Of a DNA stretch of 64,000 bases, positions 49,144-59,425 are shown piece after piece; position 1 is the stretch's first letter, and each line of letters opens with the position of its first letter. The stretch lies in NCBI GenBank assembly GCA_034679345.1, contig JAXDAY010000028.1:71876-135875 (forward strand), given 5' to 3'. Source of the DNA: Candidatus Eiseniibacteriota bacterium. Its GTDB lineage: Bacteria > Eisenbacteria > RBG-16-71-46 > CAIMUX01 > VGJL01. Under the pieces are notes generated by a model. It ran no database searches and was not told the origin of the DNA. It saw only the letters and a program-made list of their open reading frames with translations. A program made the position numbers and the translations under genes.

Positions 49144-50841
49144 TCAGCCCCCTCGTCGCATGAGGAGCATCGTCGCGTCGTCGGCCAGCGATTCTTCGCC
49201 GATGAAGCTCCGGAGGTCCTGGACCAATCCTTCGGCGATCTGATCGAGGGGTTCCGAGAATCGGCGCCGGATCGATTCGAGGAGTCGATGATCCTCGAAG
49301 AGGGCATCGCCGCTCTGCGCCTCGGTGATCCCGTCGGAGACGCAGCAGAAGAGCGCCTCTGGCGGGAGCTCGATCGCCCTGACCTCGTAGGAGGCCCCTT
49401 CGAAGAGACCCGCGGGCATACCCGTCACTTCAAGCGCGCGTGGGATCCGACTCTCGCCGATCAGAAGCGGCGGGCAGTGCCCCGCATTCACGTATTCGAG
49501 TCGATGCCTCTCGGGGTCGAGCAAGCCGAGGAAGAGGGTCACGAATCTCCGCCCGTCGGAGGACCGCAGGAGGTTTCGATGGATCTGTCCCATCAACACC
49601 GCCGGATTCGTGAAGTGCTCGTAGAGCGCGCGCATCGATGCGATGACGTTCGACATCAGGAGGGCCGCTCCCAATCCCTTGCCGGTCACGTCTCCGACTG
49701 CGATCGCGATCCGTCCGTCCCTCAGCCGCGTGATATCGTATAGGTCTCCGCCCACCTCATAGCAGGGAATCTGCCGCGCGACGATCTCGTAGCCCGCGAC
49801 CTCCGGCATGTCGGTGGATAGAAGCGATCGCTGCACCTGGGCCGCGACCATCAGCTCCTGACGCATCCGCTCTCCCTCGCGTTGGACCTCCTGGAGCCTC
49901 GCGTGGGTCACCGCGGCGGCCGTCAGATTTCCCAGGAGCGTGAAGAGGGTCAAGTCGTGGTGATCGTACTTGTAGTACGGGCTGTCGGTGTAGGCATAGA
50001 GGAGGCCCAGGAGCTCCTCGTCCTGGAAGAGTGGAGCGACCATCGCGGAGTGGATTCCGAGCGAGGCGATGCTCTGCTGATTGCTGAACCGCGCATCCGT
50101 CGTCGGGTCGGTCAGCAGAAGGGTCGTCCTCTCCCTCAGGGCGAGTCGAAGGATGCTCCTGCTGAGGACGGGGGTGTCGGCCGTCCCTCCGAGCATCGGA
50201 CGGGCCGCAACGAGGGAGAGCCTCTGCGTGACGCCGCTTTCGCCCGGCTCATCCTCGAGCCCGGAATCCGGCATCGGCGGCGACGACCTCTCGTTCCTCA
50301 GCAGGAAGATCCTGCGCGCCCGGACGACTTGGGCAATGCAGTCCATCAGGCGTTCGATGGTTTCCTGCGGACTGCGGGGCCGTACGACGAGATTCGCCGC
50401 GTCCGCGATCGCCTTGAAGTGCTTCGGATCGATCTGGGTAGAGATCGCGAGACTCGCGAACGTGCTTCCCGCGCCGACGCGCATCTCTCCGGGCGCCCCC
50501 TCGATCGTCGACACGAGTCCCGAGGTCGCCGGCGCGGCCGCGCTCGGCTCCGTGGTGGATCGGAGAATGAAGTCGAGGCGGCCGAATCGAACCGGGGATC
50601 CGGGCTTTAGACGGGTCGGCTGAGAGATCCTCGTTCCCTCGACCCAGGTGCCGTTCTTGCTACCAAGGTCGCTGACGCGAACCTCCGTCTCGGCGACCGA
50701 GATCTCCGCGTGCTCCCGGGAGACTGAAGGATCCTCCAGCCGAAGGTCGTTCCCATGGCTTCGGCCCACTCGCTGGATGCCGGTGTGCAGGGGAAGCGGA
50801 CCCCGATAGCCTTCCGCCTGACCCTCGAGAAAGTACGCCAT
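49144..50841 (-). CDS. FHA-GAF-PP2C (SpoIIE/RsbU-like) serine phosphatase
   Basis: N-terminal FHA (GRSHGNDLRLEDPSVSREHAEI...SKNGTWV), a central GAF domain, and a C-terminal PP2C (GDVTGKGLGAALLM..., DGITEA). Confidence 0.85.
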   Translation of the reverse strand: MAYFLEGQAEGYRGPLPLHTGIQRVGRSHGNDLRLEDPSVSREHAEISVAETEVRVSDLGSKNGTWVEGTRISQPTRLKPGSPVRFGRLDFILRSTTEPSAAAPATSGLVSTIEGAPGEMRVGAGSTFASLAISTQIDPKHFKAIADAANLVVRPRSPQETIERLMDCIAQVVRARRIFLLRNERSSPPMPDSGLEDEPGESGVTQRLSLVAARPMLGGTADTPVLSRSILRLALRERTTLLLTDPTTDARFSNQQSIASLGIHSAMVAPLFQDEELLGLLYAYTDSPYYKYDHHDLTLFTLLGNLTAAAVTHARLQEVQREGERMRQELMVAAQVQRSLLSTDMPEVAGYEIVARQIPCYEVGGDLYDITRLRDGRIAIAVGDVTGKGLGAALLMSNVIASMRALYEHFTNPAVLMGQIHRNLLRSSDGRRFVTLFLGLLDPERHRLEYVNAGHCPPLLIGESRIPRALEVTGMPAGLFEGASYEVRAIELPPEALFCCVSDGITEAQSGDALFEDHRLLESIRRRFSEPLDQIAEGLVQDLRSFIGEESLADDATMLLMRRGG

Positions 50842-51229
50842 CGTCCCTCGATCTCTCGGACTGCGTCCGGGTCCTGTCCGATCGGACGGCCCCAGGGTAC
50901 ACCCGCCCCCTGCGCGGCGCACAGACTCCTACCCCGACTCCTCGTCGATCCAGATTTCTCGGCGGATCTGACGGACATCTAATCTATTGAAATATAATCA
51001 GTTATGTCGGCTCGTCAGGCTTGACGAACCGAATCCCCTCCCCCGGAGAGGCAGCCCGCGGCCACGAGAATATAACTCGTTCTGTCGCATCATGTTACAT
51101 CACTTCTCGAATGGGCACGATCCCTGCGATCGGAGGGTGGACATGCGGCCTCGCATCCATCGGCCGCAACTTGGCCCAGGAAGGGGATCCCGCTTGGCGG
51201 CGCCCCTTCGAACCGGAAGGAGAAACGAG

Positions 51230-54200
51230 ATGAAGCGGTTGAGTCGGACGTCGTGTCTGTTGGCCATCGCCCTGTCGCTCGTCGCAGGGGCCCTCCCCGC
51301 CGTCGGCCAGGGGAATCTTGCGGCTCCCGGGGCCCGCGCGGTGCGGTTCGGGGGCGAGTTGTTCCCGCTCATCCCCCGGGCCGATCGGGTGGCCATCGCC
51401 TTCGAAGAGGACGCTGACGCGGCGCTGCGCGATGCCGCGATCGCCCGCCACCCGATCCTGGCCAGTGCCCGCGAGATCGAATCGCTTCCCGCGCCCCAGA
51501 TCCGGATCTACGAAATCGCGCCCTCTGATCCGATCGGCCTGCAGTCGGCCTCGCTCGCGCTCGCGGCCGATCCAGCCATCCGCCAAGCGACCGGCGTCTA
51601 CATGCTCGGCGAGATCGAGGTGATCCCGACCGATCGCCTCTTCGTCCAGCTCCGCGCGGGTGTCGACGAGACGCTGATCGAGGAGATCGCATCGCGTCTC
51701 GGTCTTGCGATCGTCGAGAAGACCGCTTGGCGCGATGGGAACTTCGTCTTGAGCGCGGCGCGCCATCCGCAGCTTGACGCGATCGGCGCCGCGGAGGCGG
51801 TCCTCGCCGATCCCGCGGTCGAGTTCTCCCACCCCGATTTCATCCGTCGCGTGCCCACCCTGGCGGCCGTTCCGGACCCCCTGTTCCCGCAACAGTGGAA
51901 TCTCGAGAACCTCGTGCGGCGCCGTCCGATCTGGGCGATCGACGGCGACACGGACGCGCGGGAGGGCTGGGCGATCCAATCGGGCTGCAACGGCGCCACC
52001 ATCGCGATCCTCGACGAGGGGGTCGACATGGGCCACCCCGACTACCAGGCGAATCTCGATGCGGCCAACGCGTGGGACTTCTGCTTCAACGACAACGATC
52101 CGAGCCCCCGGTCGTACGACGCCCACGGCACCGCCTGCGCCGGCATCGCCGCTGCGATCTCGAACGGCATCGGAATCGCAGGGGTTGCCCCGGGAGCCCG
52201 GATCCTGCCGATCCGGATCGCCTACCACGCGCAGCAAGGAGATCGATTCTGGGTGACGACCGACGATTGGCTCTCGGATGGGATCGCCTGGGCCTACCAG
52301 CATGGGGCCGACGTCCTGAGCAACTCCTGGGGATCGGGGGGACCGTCGGATCAGATCCACGCGGCGATCCGCGATGCCGTGACGCACGGCCGGGGCGGGC
52401 TCGGCGCCGTCGTCGTCTTCGCCGCCGGGAACTCCTACAACCCCTCCCCTGCCTATCCCGCGATCTATCCCGAGACGATCTGCGTCGCGGCTACCACTCC
52501 ATGCGACTCGCTCAAGGCCCCATGCGATTCGACGCAGGCGGCTACGAGCTGCGACGGGGAATGGTGGTGGGGCAGCAACCATGGCCCTGGGACCGATCTC
52601 GCCGCTCCCGGAGTCCTGATCCCCGCGACCGACATCCGCGGGGCCGACGGCTATGCCCCGGGCGATTACAATACGAGCTTCAACGGCACCTCCTCGGCCA
52701 CGCCCCAGGTCGCGGGTCTCGCCGCGCTTCTGATCTGCAAGTTCCCGCACTGGGAAGGCGCCGAGATCCGCTCGCGGATCGAGCAGACCTGCGACAAGGT
52801 GGGAGGCTACGCCTATGACGCCGCGACCGGGATCAGCGAGGAGCTGGGCCATGGCCGGATCAACATCTATCGCGCTCTCTCCGGCAAGCCGCAGGTCGAG
52901 TGGGGCCCGCGCCCCGATCACCCGAGCGTTTACCGCGACGAGGGCGACGCCGAATCTCCGTATCCTCCAGCCTCCCACGAGTCGGCGGCCTTCGAATGGC
53001 TGGGCGATGAGTTCAGCCCGGAGGCAGGTCCCGACGCCGCCGAGGATCCGGACGGGATCGGCAACCGCTCGGGACGCGACGCGTTCGACGACGGCGTGCG
53101 CTTCTTTCCGCCGTATGTCCCGGGACAACCCGGACAGATCGAGGTGACCGTCTCGGTCGAGGACCCGAACGCCCCGCGCTACCTGCCGGGCCCGGACTCG
53201 CTTCGCATCGATGTCTGGTTCGACTGGGAGAGCGACGGGTCCTGGTCGCAGCCGCACGACTGGGTCGTGCAGAACTTCCGCGTGAATCCTCCCTCCTGGG
53301 GCGGCGCGCGCGAGCGGACGTTCACGCTTCACTTCATGGTCCCCGATGCGCCGATCGGCTGGCATATCCAGGATGGCCAGGCGGGAAAGTTCCTGAACGT
53401 CCGCGCGCGCCTCACCTACCGAGAGACCGTCTCCGCGTCGGACCAGGCGCTCGACGCCGGGGAGGTGGAAGATCATCGGTTCGTGAACTTCGTGGAGATG
53501 TTCGATCCCGGCGCGGGGCACATGACCACTGTCCCGCAAGGATGCGACCCCTGGGAGTGGGTCAACGGAATCGCTCCCTGGCAGCCCCAGCCCTGCCCCG
53601 CGCCGTTCCTGCCGGATGGGGGATCGAACGGCTACATGACCGCCGCGATCTACAACCCGATCTACCAGGGCGATGCCAACGACGGGCTGCGGACCCCCTC
53701 GTTCGACCTGACCGAGATGACCGAGGCGTTCCTGCGCTTCGAGCACTCGGCGGTGGAGCTGATCACCGGCCGCGTCGCCGTCTACGTGGACGGCCTGCTC
53801 GACTCGGTCGTCGCGACCTATGTGAACATCCCGACGACGCCGCCCGCCTGCGGTCTCGCCTTCACGGAGACGGTCGATCTCTCACCGTTCTGCGGCGACG
53901 GCTTCGACGATGTCTCGATCGCCTTCGAGGTCTACCACGACGAGCCGTGCGGCATCGCCTTCCCGTCGTACCAGGACTGGTTCATCGACAATGTCGTCGT
54001 CTGGGCGCAGGATCGGATCGCCCCCTCCGCCGTCGCCGTCGATGTGACCCCCACGGCGACGGAAAGCGCCGATCTCGGCTGGGACGCGCCGGGGGATGAC
54101 GGAATGCTGCGCCGGGCTCAGCTCTACAACATCCGCTACGCTCCGGAGGCGATCGACGCCTCCAGCTGGCGTCACGCGATGTGGCTGCGCCCCGACATGG

Positions 54201-55798
54201 CCTCCTTGCCGCTCCCCCAGCCCCCCGGAACTCGCGAGAGCGTGAACGTGCGCCGGCTCTCCCCGGGACTCCACCACTTCGCGGTCCGCACGCTCGATGA
54301 GGTGACGAACATCGCCTCGATCGCCGATGGAGGAGATAACCGCCCGCCCGACCAGACCGTGCCGGGCACCCAGACAATCGTCGAAGGCGACACCGTACGC
54401 TTCACGGTGACGGCGACCGATCCCGACCATGATCCCCTCCTCCTCTATTCCGTCCAGCGTCCGTCCGGCTCGACTTATGCCGACAGCGGCAATGGCACGG
54501 CCGGCTTCGAATGGATCAGCCGTTCGAGCGATGTCGGCGAGCACGAGGTGATCCTCGTCGCGCGCGACCCCAACGGCGCGATCGATCGCGACACGGTCGC
54601 GGTGCGAGTCCTGCCGTTTGTGGCGCCCGACTTCGCCGACCACGACGCGGGCAACTGGCAGGCCTCGATGACCGATCAGGGGATCTTCGGATTCCTGGAC
54701 GGGACGCACAGCGCCGGATCGGGATTCGTCTATCCGAAGAACGGCGGCGCGAACCACCTCTACATCGGAGGTCTCTGGGCCGCGCAGAACGCCTCCTTCA
54801 TCGCCAGTCGCGACTACGAAGCCGACCCGGCAAAGGAATGGCGCGTATCGGTCGATCCGCCCGGGAGCATTCAGGTCGGACCGAACTACCACTCCGATCA
54901 GGACATCCGCTCGATCTACACCGACGCCGGCGGATCGACCCCGATGGGAGTCCGGGTGAGCCAGGAGTCCTGGGCGTATTCCGCGCCCGATCTCGACGAC
55001 TTCATCAGCACGCGGACCTGCATGACGAACACCGGCCAGCAGGATCTTCAAGGGGTCTACGTCGGGCTCTTCATGGATTTCGACCTTGGCGGCGACGGTA
55101 TTGACGATCGTGGATCGACCGACCCGGGCCGCGAGATGATCTACCTCACCGATCCTTCCGGGATCCACATCGGCGTGCGCCGTCTGCGCGCCGGAGGGGC
55201 GGAACCGCAAACCGCCAATATCACGTTCGTTCACAACCCGACCTTCGTCTACCCGAACCTGTACATTTCCGACGCCGACAAGTTCGCGTTCCTGAGCGCC
55301 GCCGACGGCGCCCACGCGGTATCGACCGCCGCTTCCCCCAACGACTACAGCGTGCTCGTCAGCATCGGGCCATTCGATCTCGCGAGCGGCGAGACGATCG
55401 AGACCGCCTTCGCCATCGTCGGAGGGACGAGTCTCTCGGAACTGCAGCAGAACGCGGATCGGGCGCAGTTCGCGTACGCGGCGGAAGTGGCGGAGACGGC
55501 CGAGCCTGAGGCGGGGATCGCCCTCACGAGGCTCCTGCCGAATCTGCCGAATCCCTTCCGGACCGAAACGGCGGTCCGCTTCGAGCTGGCGCAGACCGGC
55601 CCCGTGGCGGTCGATGTCTACGATGTCGCCGGACGGCGGGTGCGGAACCTCGTCTCCGGAACACGCGCCGCCGGCGCCCACGCGGTCGTCTGGGACCGCC
55701 GCGACGGCTCGGACCGCGAGGTCGGAAGCGGGGTGTACTTCCTTCGTCTGCGATCCATGGGGCGCACCGAATCGCGCCGGATCGTTCTCATGCGTTAG
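51230..55798 (+). CDS. very large S8 (subtilisin) family peptidase with a T9SS-type C-terminal sorting domain
   Basis: ATG at 51230 after GGAAGGAG. Signal peptide. Subtilase catalytic motifs AILDEGVD, HGTACAGIAAA and GTSSATP. C-terminal PNPFRTETAVRFEL...VYDVAGRRVRNL...SGVYFLRL. Confidence 0.9.
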   Translation: MKRLSRTSCLLAIALSLVAGALPAVGQGNLAAPGARAVRFGGELFPLIPRADRVAIAFEEDADAALRDAAIARHPILASAREIESLPAPQIRIYEIAPSDPIGLQSASLALAADPAIRQATGVYMLGEIEVIPTDRLFVQLRAGVDETLIEEIASRLGLAIVEKTAWRDGNFVLSAARHPQLDAIGAAEAVLADPAVEFSHPDFIRRVPTLAAVPDPLFPQQWNLENLVRRRPIWAIDGDTDAREGWAIQSGCNGATIAILDEGVDMGHPDYQANLDAANAWDFCFNDNDPSPRSYDAHGTACAGIAAAISNGIGIAGVAPGARILPIRIAYHAQQGDRFWVTTDDWLSDGIAWAYQHGADVLSNSWGSGGPSDQIHAAIRDAVTHGRGGLGAVVVFAAGNSYNPSPAYPAIYPETICVAATTPCDSLKAPCDSTQAATSCDGEWWWGSNHGPGTDLAAPGVLIPATDIRGADGYAPGDYNTSFNGTSSATPQVAGLAALLICKFPHWEGAEIRSRIEQTCDKVGGYAYDAATGISEELGHGRINIYRALSGKPQVEWGPRPDHPSVYRDEGDAESPYPPASHESAAFEWLGDEFSPEAGPDAAEDPDGIGNRSGRDAFDDGVRFFPPYVPGQPGQIEVTVSVEDPNAPRYLPGPDSLRIDVWFDWESDGSWSQPHDWVVQNFRVNPPSWGGARERTFTLHFMVPDAPIGWHIQDGQAGKFLNVRARLTYRETVSASDQALDAGEVEDHRFVNFVEMFDPGAGHMTTVPQGCDPWEWVNGIAPWQPQPCPAPFLPDGGSNGYMTAAIYNPIYQGDANDGLRTPSFDLTEMTEAFLRFEHSAVELITGRVAVYVDGLLDSVVATYVNIPTTPPACGLAFTETVDLSPFCGDGFDDVSIAFEVYHDEPCGIAFPSYQDWFIDNVVVWAQDRIAPSAVAVDVTPTATESADLGWDAPGDDGMLRRAQLYNIRYAPEAIDASSWRHAMWLRPDMASLPLPQPPGTRESVNVRRLSPGLHHFAVRTLDEVTNIASIADGGDNRPPDQTVPGTQTIVEGDTVRFTVTATDPDHDPLLLYSVQRPSGSTYADSGNGTAGFEWISRSSDVGEHEVILVARDPNGAIDRDTVAVRVLPFVAPDFADHDAGNWQASMTDQGIFGFLDGTHSAGSGFVYPKNGGANHLYIGGLWAAQNASFIASRDYEADPAKEWRVSVDPPGSIQVGPNYHSDQDIRSIYTDAGGSTPMGVRVSQESWAYSAPDLDDFISTRTCMTNTGQQDLQGVYVGLFMDFDLGGDGIDDRGSTDPGREMIYLTDPSGIHIGVRRLRAGGAEPQTANITFVHNPTFVYPNLYISDADKFAFLSAADGAHAVSTAASPNDYSVLVSIGPFDLASGETIETAFAIVGGTSLSELQQNADRAQFAYAAEVAETAEPEAGIALTRLLPNLPNPFRTETAVRFELAQTGPVAVDVYDVAGRRVRNLVSGTRAAGAHAVVWDRRDGSDREVGSGVYFLRLRSMGRTESRRIVLMR

Positions 55799-55941
55799 GG
55801 CGAGATCGATTCTTCGCTGCGCGCATGCGCGCCGTCCGCGGCATCTGCGGGCGGCGCGCCCGTCTGATCTTCCCGCTTCCGCAGTCCATCCTCCGGTGCG
55901 ACCATTCGGTCGAGCCCCGTGAGCCGGGCAGGAGAACCCAA

Positions 55942-56802
55942 ATGGCGAAGCGTCACATCGCATCGATCATCCTTCCATGCATCCTCCTCGCTTCGCAGGC
56001 GGTCGCGCAGCCGGCGCATCGCGCCGACGGAGCTTCATCGCCCCCCAAGGGCCTCTACCTGGGAGTCGATCTGGGAGTCGTGCTGCTCGACGACAGATCC
56101 GGAATCGGGCTCGACGGCGGCGGCCCGGAGCGGATCGACGCCTACATGCGCGCGATCCCGGGGCGATTCGAGGCGCTCTCGGAGAGACTGGGCGGGGCGT
56201 TCACCATTGACGGCGATGCCGGAGGCTACGCCGTCGATGCCGCCGTCACATTCGGGCTGGCCGCCGGCTACCAGTTCCGCCCGGGCTGGTTGGCGCGCGT
56301 CGACATCGCCTCTTATCTCGCGGAGGTGACCGCCGCCTTCCCGTTGACCGTGCAGACCGATCAAGGGCCGCAGCAGGCATCCGGAGTCGTCTCGACGGAC
56401 GTCCGGGGCATCCTCGCCGACCTCTCGATCCGAAAGCAGTGGAGGATTCGCCTCTACCGCCCGGAGATCGGCGCCGGAATCCGCCTTCATCGCGTATCTC
56501 CGGAGGAGACGCTTGCCGAGATCGCGGGGATCGGCTTCTTCGTCGATCGAGCCGACGCGCAGAACGACTTCTCGCCAATGGCGCAGGTGGGGCTCAGCCG
56601 CGCGTTCGGCGAACGGATCCGCGTCGGCGTCGAGGGGATCTTTGCGGGGCGTTCGCTCCGAGAGACCGGCGGAGGAGAGCGCTGGGCCCTTGAGCCCGAG
56701 ATCCGGCTGACCGGGAGCTTCTCCCTCGACGGCCCGAAGGAGCCGGGCCCCCCGAAGAGCCCGAGCCGGCCCGGCGGGGCCCCGGACGGTTCCTCGGACT
56801 AG
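55942..56802 (+). CDS. hypothetical exported protein (possible outer-membrane beta-barrel)
   Basis: ATG at 55942 after GGAGAA. Signal peptide [22 protein letters not shown]. Alternating hydrophobic pattern, no motif. Confidence 0.5.
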   Translation: MAKRHIASIILPCILLASQAVAQPAHRADGASSPPKGLYLGVDLGVVLLDDRSGIGLDGGGPERIDAYMRAIPGRFEALSERLGGAFTIDGDAGGYAVDAAVTFGLAAGYQFRPGWLARVDIASYLAEVTAAFPLTVQTDQGPQQASGVVSTDVRGILADLSIRKQWRIRLYRPEIGAGIRLHRVSPEETLAEIAGIGFFVDRADAQNDFSPMAQVGLSRAFGERIRVGVEGIFAGRSLRETGGGERWALEPEIRLTGSFSLDGPKEPGPPKSPSRPGGAPDGSSD

Positions 56803-58196
56803 AACTCCGCGCTCTTCGGCGCGCGCGGGAAGGGGATCACGTCGCGGATGTTGCCGATTCCCGTCGCGTAGACCAGCGCTCGATCGAAACCGAGACCGAA
56901 GCCCGCGTGCGGAACGGTGCCGTAGCGCCGCAGGTCGCGGTACCACCAGTAGCTTTCCTTGTTGAGCTTCATCTCATCGATCCGGCGGTCGAGCACGTCG
57001 AGACGCTCCTCGCGCTGGCTTCCCCCGACGATCTCCCCGATTCCGGGGGCGAGAACATCCATCGCGGCGACGGTTCTGCCGTCGTCGTTCTGGCGCATGT
57101 AGAACGCCTTGATCTCTCTGGGATAGTTCATCACGACGACCGGACGGCCCACCAGCTCCTCGGTCAGATAGCGCTCGTGCTCGGACTGGAGATCGACTCC
57201 CCAGCGCACGGGGTACTCGAATGACCTGCCCGACTTCTCGAGCGCCTCGATCGCCGCGCCGTATTCCATTCGTTCGAAGCTTGCCGCGATGAACCTCTCG
57301 AGACGGCCGATGCAGTCCTTGTCGATCCGCTCGGCGAAAAAAGCCATGTCGTCGGATCTCTCCTCGAGGACGGCGCGGAAAACGAAGCGCAGGAACTCCT
57401 CCGCCAGGGTCGCGAGATCGTCGAGATCCGCGAAGGCGATCTCGGGCTCGACCATCCAGAACTCGGCCAGGTGGCGGCTCGTATTCGAGTTCTCCGCGCG
57501 GAACGTCGGGCCAAACGTGTAGACGCGCGTGAGCGCGAGGCAGTAGGCCTCCACGTTCAGCTGCCCCGAGACGGTGAGAAACGACTGCCGGCCGAAGAAG
57601 TCCTGCGAGTGGTCGATCGCGCCCTCCGGCGTCCGGGGAAGATTCGCCAGATCGAGGGTGGAGACGCGGAAGAGCTCGCCGGCTCCCTCCGCATCGCTCG
57701 CCGTGATGATCGGCGTATGGATCCAGTAGAAGCCGCGCTCGTGGAAGAAGCGATGGATCGCCATCGCCATGCAGTGCCGCACCCGCGCCATCGCCCCGAA
57801 TGTGTTGGTCCGCGGACGCAGATGCGCCACCTCGCGGAGGTATTCGAAGGTATGCGGCTTCGGCGTGATCGGGTATCTGTCGGGATCGTCGACCCACCCC
57901 ACGACGCGAAGCGAGGAGACGGCGATCTCGACGCTCTGGCCCGCGCCGGCGGAGGCGACAAGCTCCCCCTCGGCGACGATCGCGCAGCCGCTCGTCAGCT
58001 TCTGGATCTCGCTCTCATAGTTCCCGAGCGCGCCGGGCGCGACGAGCTGGATCGGCGCGAAACAGCTCCCGTCGCTCAGGTGGATGAAGGAAACGCCCGA
58101 CTTCGAATCGCGGCGTGTCCGCACCCATCCCTTGACCGTGACCCGGCTCCCGACCTGGATCTTCCCGGAGAGCAATGCGGCGACCGTCGCATCCAT
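56799..58196 (-). CDS. asnS: asparagine--tRNA ligase
   Basis: 465 aa. Class II aaRS motif [21 protein letters not shown], diagnostic of AsnRS. N-terminal OB-fold. Confidence 0.95.
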   Translation of the reverse strand: MDATVAALLSGKIQVGSRVTVKGWVRTRRDSKSGVSFIHLSDGSCFAPIQLVAPGALGNYESEIQKLTSGCAIVAEGELVASAGAGQSVEIAVSSLRVVGWVDDPDRYPITPKPHTFEYLREVAHLRPRTNTFGAMARVRHCMAMAIHRFFHERGFYWIHTPIITASDAEGAGELFRVSTLDLANLPRTPEGAIDHSQDFFGRQSFLTVSGQLNVEAYCLALTRVYTFGPTFRAENSNTSRHLAEFWMVEPEIAFADLDDLATLAEEFLRFVFRAVLEERSDDMAFFAERIDKDCIGRLERFIAASFERMEYGAAIEALEKSGRSFEYPVRWGVDLQSEHERYLTEELVGRPVVVMNYPREIKAFYMRQNDDGRTVAAMDVLAPGIGEIVGGSQREERLDVLDRRIDEMKLNKESYWWYRDLRRYGTVPHAGFGLGFDRALVYATGIGNIRDVIPFPRAPKSAEF

Positions 58197-58294
58197 CGTG
58201 CGCTTCCCCCTTTTCGCGGAGATGAGGCCGGAGCGGATCGAGGCCGCCCGGCCGAGGCATGTCGCGGGATTCTACACGCGCCCACCGAGGGGCT

Positions 58295-59260
58295 TCAACC
58301 CGCCGGAGCCCTCCGCGTCGCCTCCCTCCGGAAGCGATCCACCTCCTCCAGGCTTCTCGGAATCGCCTCTCGCCCGCCCAGCGCGCGACACTTCATGGCC
58401 GCCACGGCGTTCGAGAAGTCGATCGTCTCGCGCAACTCCATTCCCTGGAGGCAGCCGATGACGAAGGCGCCGTGGAAGACATCGCCCGCCCCCGTCGTGT
58501 CGACCACCTCGACGCGATAGCCCGGGAAGCGCTCGACGCGTCCATCAATCCGGGCGACGGCTCCCGCCGCCCCCTGGGTGACGACGATCCACGCCCCGCG
58601 CGAGCGCTCCTCTAGAATTCGCATCCCCTCCGCGAGATCCGTCGACCCCGTCGCAAGCCGGGGGAAGCCGGCCCCCGTGATGGCGACATCGATCATGGGG
58701 AGCAGCTCATCGAAGCCGGCGCGCGTGGCTTCCAGATCCGCGATCACCGGCATGCCCATCTCCTTCGCCGCTCGGGCCGCGGGCGCCGAGGCGAGTGGGT
58801 TCTGCGCATCAGTGTAGAAGATCCGCGCGGAGGAGACGATCGATCGGTCGACCTCGTTGGCCTCGAGCGGCATCCCTTCGCTTCGTCCCCAGACGATCGT
58901 CCTCTCCCCACTTCCCTCCTCCACGAGGATGAAGGCCCGCTGCGTCAATCCGCCTCGCCGCACGCAGCATCCGGCCGTGTCGACTCCTTCGGCGCGCAGC
59001 CCATCGAGGATGATCTCCCCTTCCGGATCGTCCCCGAGCCCTCCCATGTAGCGCGCTCTGCGTCCCAATCGCGCGATCGTCACCATCGCCGTCGCCGTCC
59101 GGCCTCCACCCTGCCGGGAGTACTCCGTGAACTTGACCTTCTCCCCGGGCGATGGATGGCGCGGGATCCGCGCAAGATGATCGATCGCGTTGCCGCCGAG
59201 TCCGACAACGTCGTAGAGTCGATCCAGGGGTAGATCGAGCGGGAACTTCGTGGATCCCAT
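58295..59260 (-). CDS. PfkB-family carbohydrate kinase
   Basis: VVGLGGNAIDHL (N-terminal GG motif) and DTTGAGDVFHGAF (ribokinase/PfkB anion hole). Confidence 0.85.
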   Translation of the reverse strand: MGSTKFPLDLPLDRLYDVVGLGGNAIDHLARIPRHPSPGEKVKFTEYSRQGGGRTATAMVTIARLGRRARYMGGLGDDPEGEIILDGLRAEGVDTAGCCVRRGGLTQRAFILVEEGSGERTIVWGRSEGMPLEANEVDRSIVSSARIFYTDAQNPLASAPAARAAKEMGMPVIADLEATRAGFDELLPMIDVAITGAGFPRLATGSTDLAEGMRILEERSRGAWIVVTQGAAGAVARIDGRVERFPGYRVEVVDTTGAGDVFHGAFVIGCLQGMELRETIDFSNAVAAMKCRALGGREAIPRSLEEVDRFRREATRRAPAG

Positions 59261-59425
59261 CGCGGTTCACCTCATCCCGCCGAGCCGCGGAGATGGCGGC
59301 CGGCGCGCTCCCGGATCCTACCCGATCCGTCTTCGCGGCCGCACGCCCCCTTGCGTCCTCGGGCCGCGCGCCTCAGAATCCGCTCTCCGGAATCGCGTTC
59401 CTCTGCCGGCGCGCGGAAGGGAAGG

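Noticed and set aside
51095-53746. 883-aa ORF antisense to the S8 peptidase gene. Similar very long antisense or out-of-frame ORFs are 26087..27982, 62209..63966, 14755..16560, 17457..19283, 9208..10557, 33115..34530, 59318..60862, 60911..62356, 34365..35654 and 2952..3986.
   Set aside because: Arg/Pro/Gly/Ala-rich low-complexity translations, typical of stop-poor antisense frames in ~68% GC DNA. In every case the opposite or other frame has strong domain motifs (subtilase triad, LVIVD repeats, GGSYGG elbow, M23 HxH, recombinase and so on).
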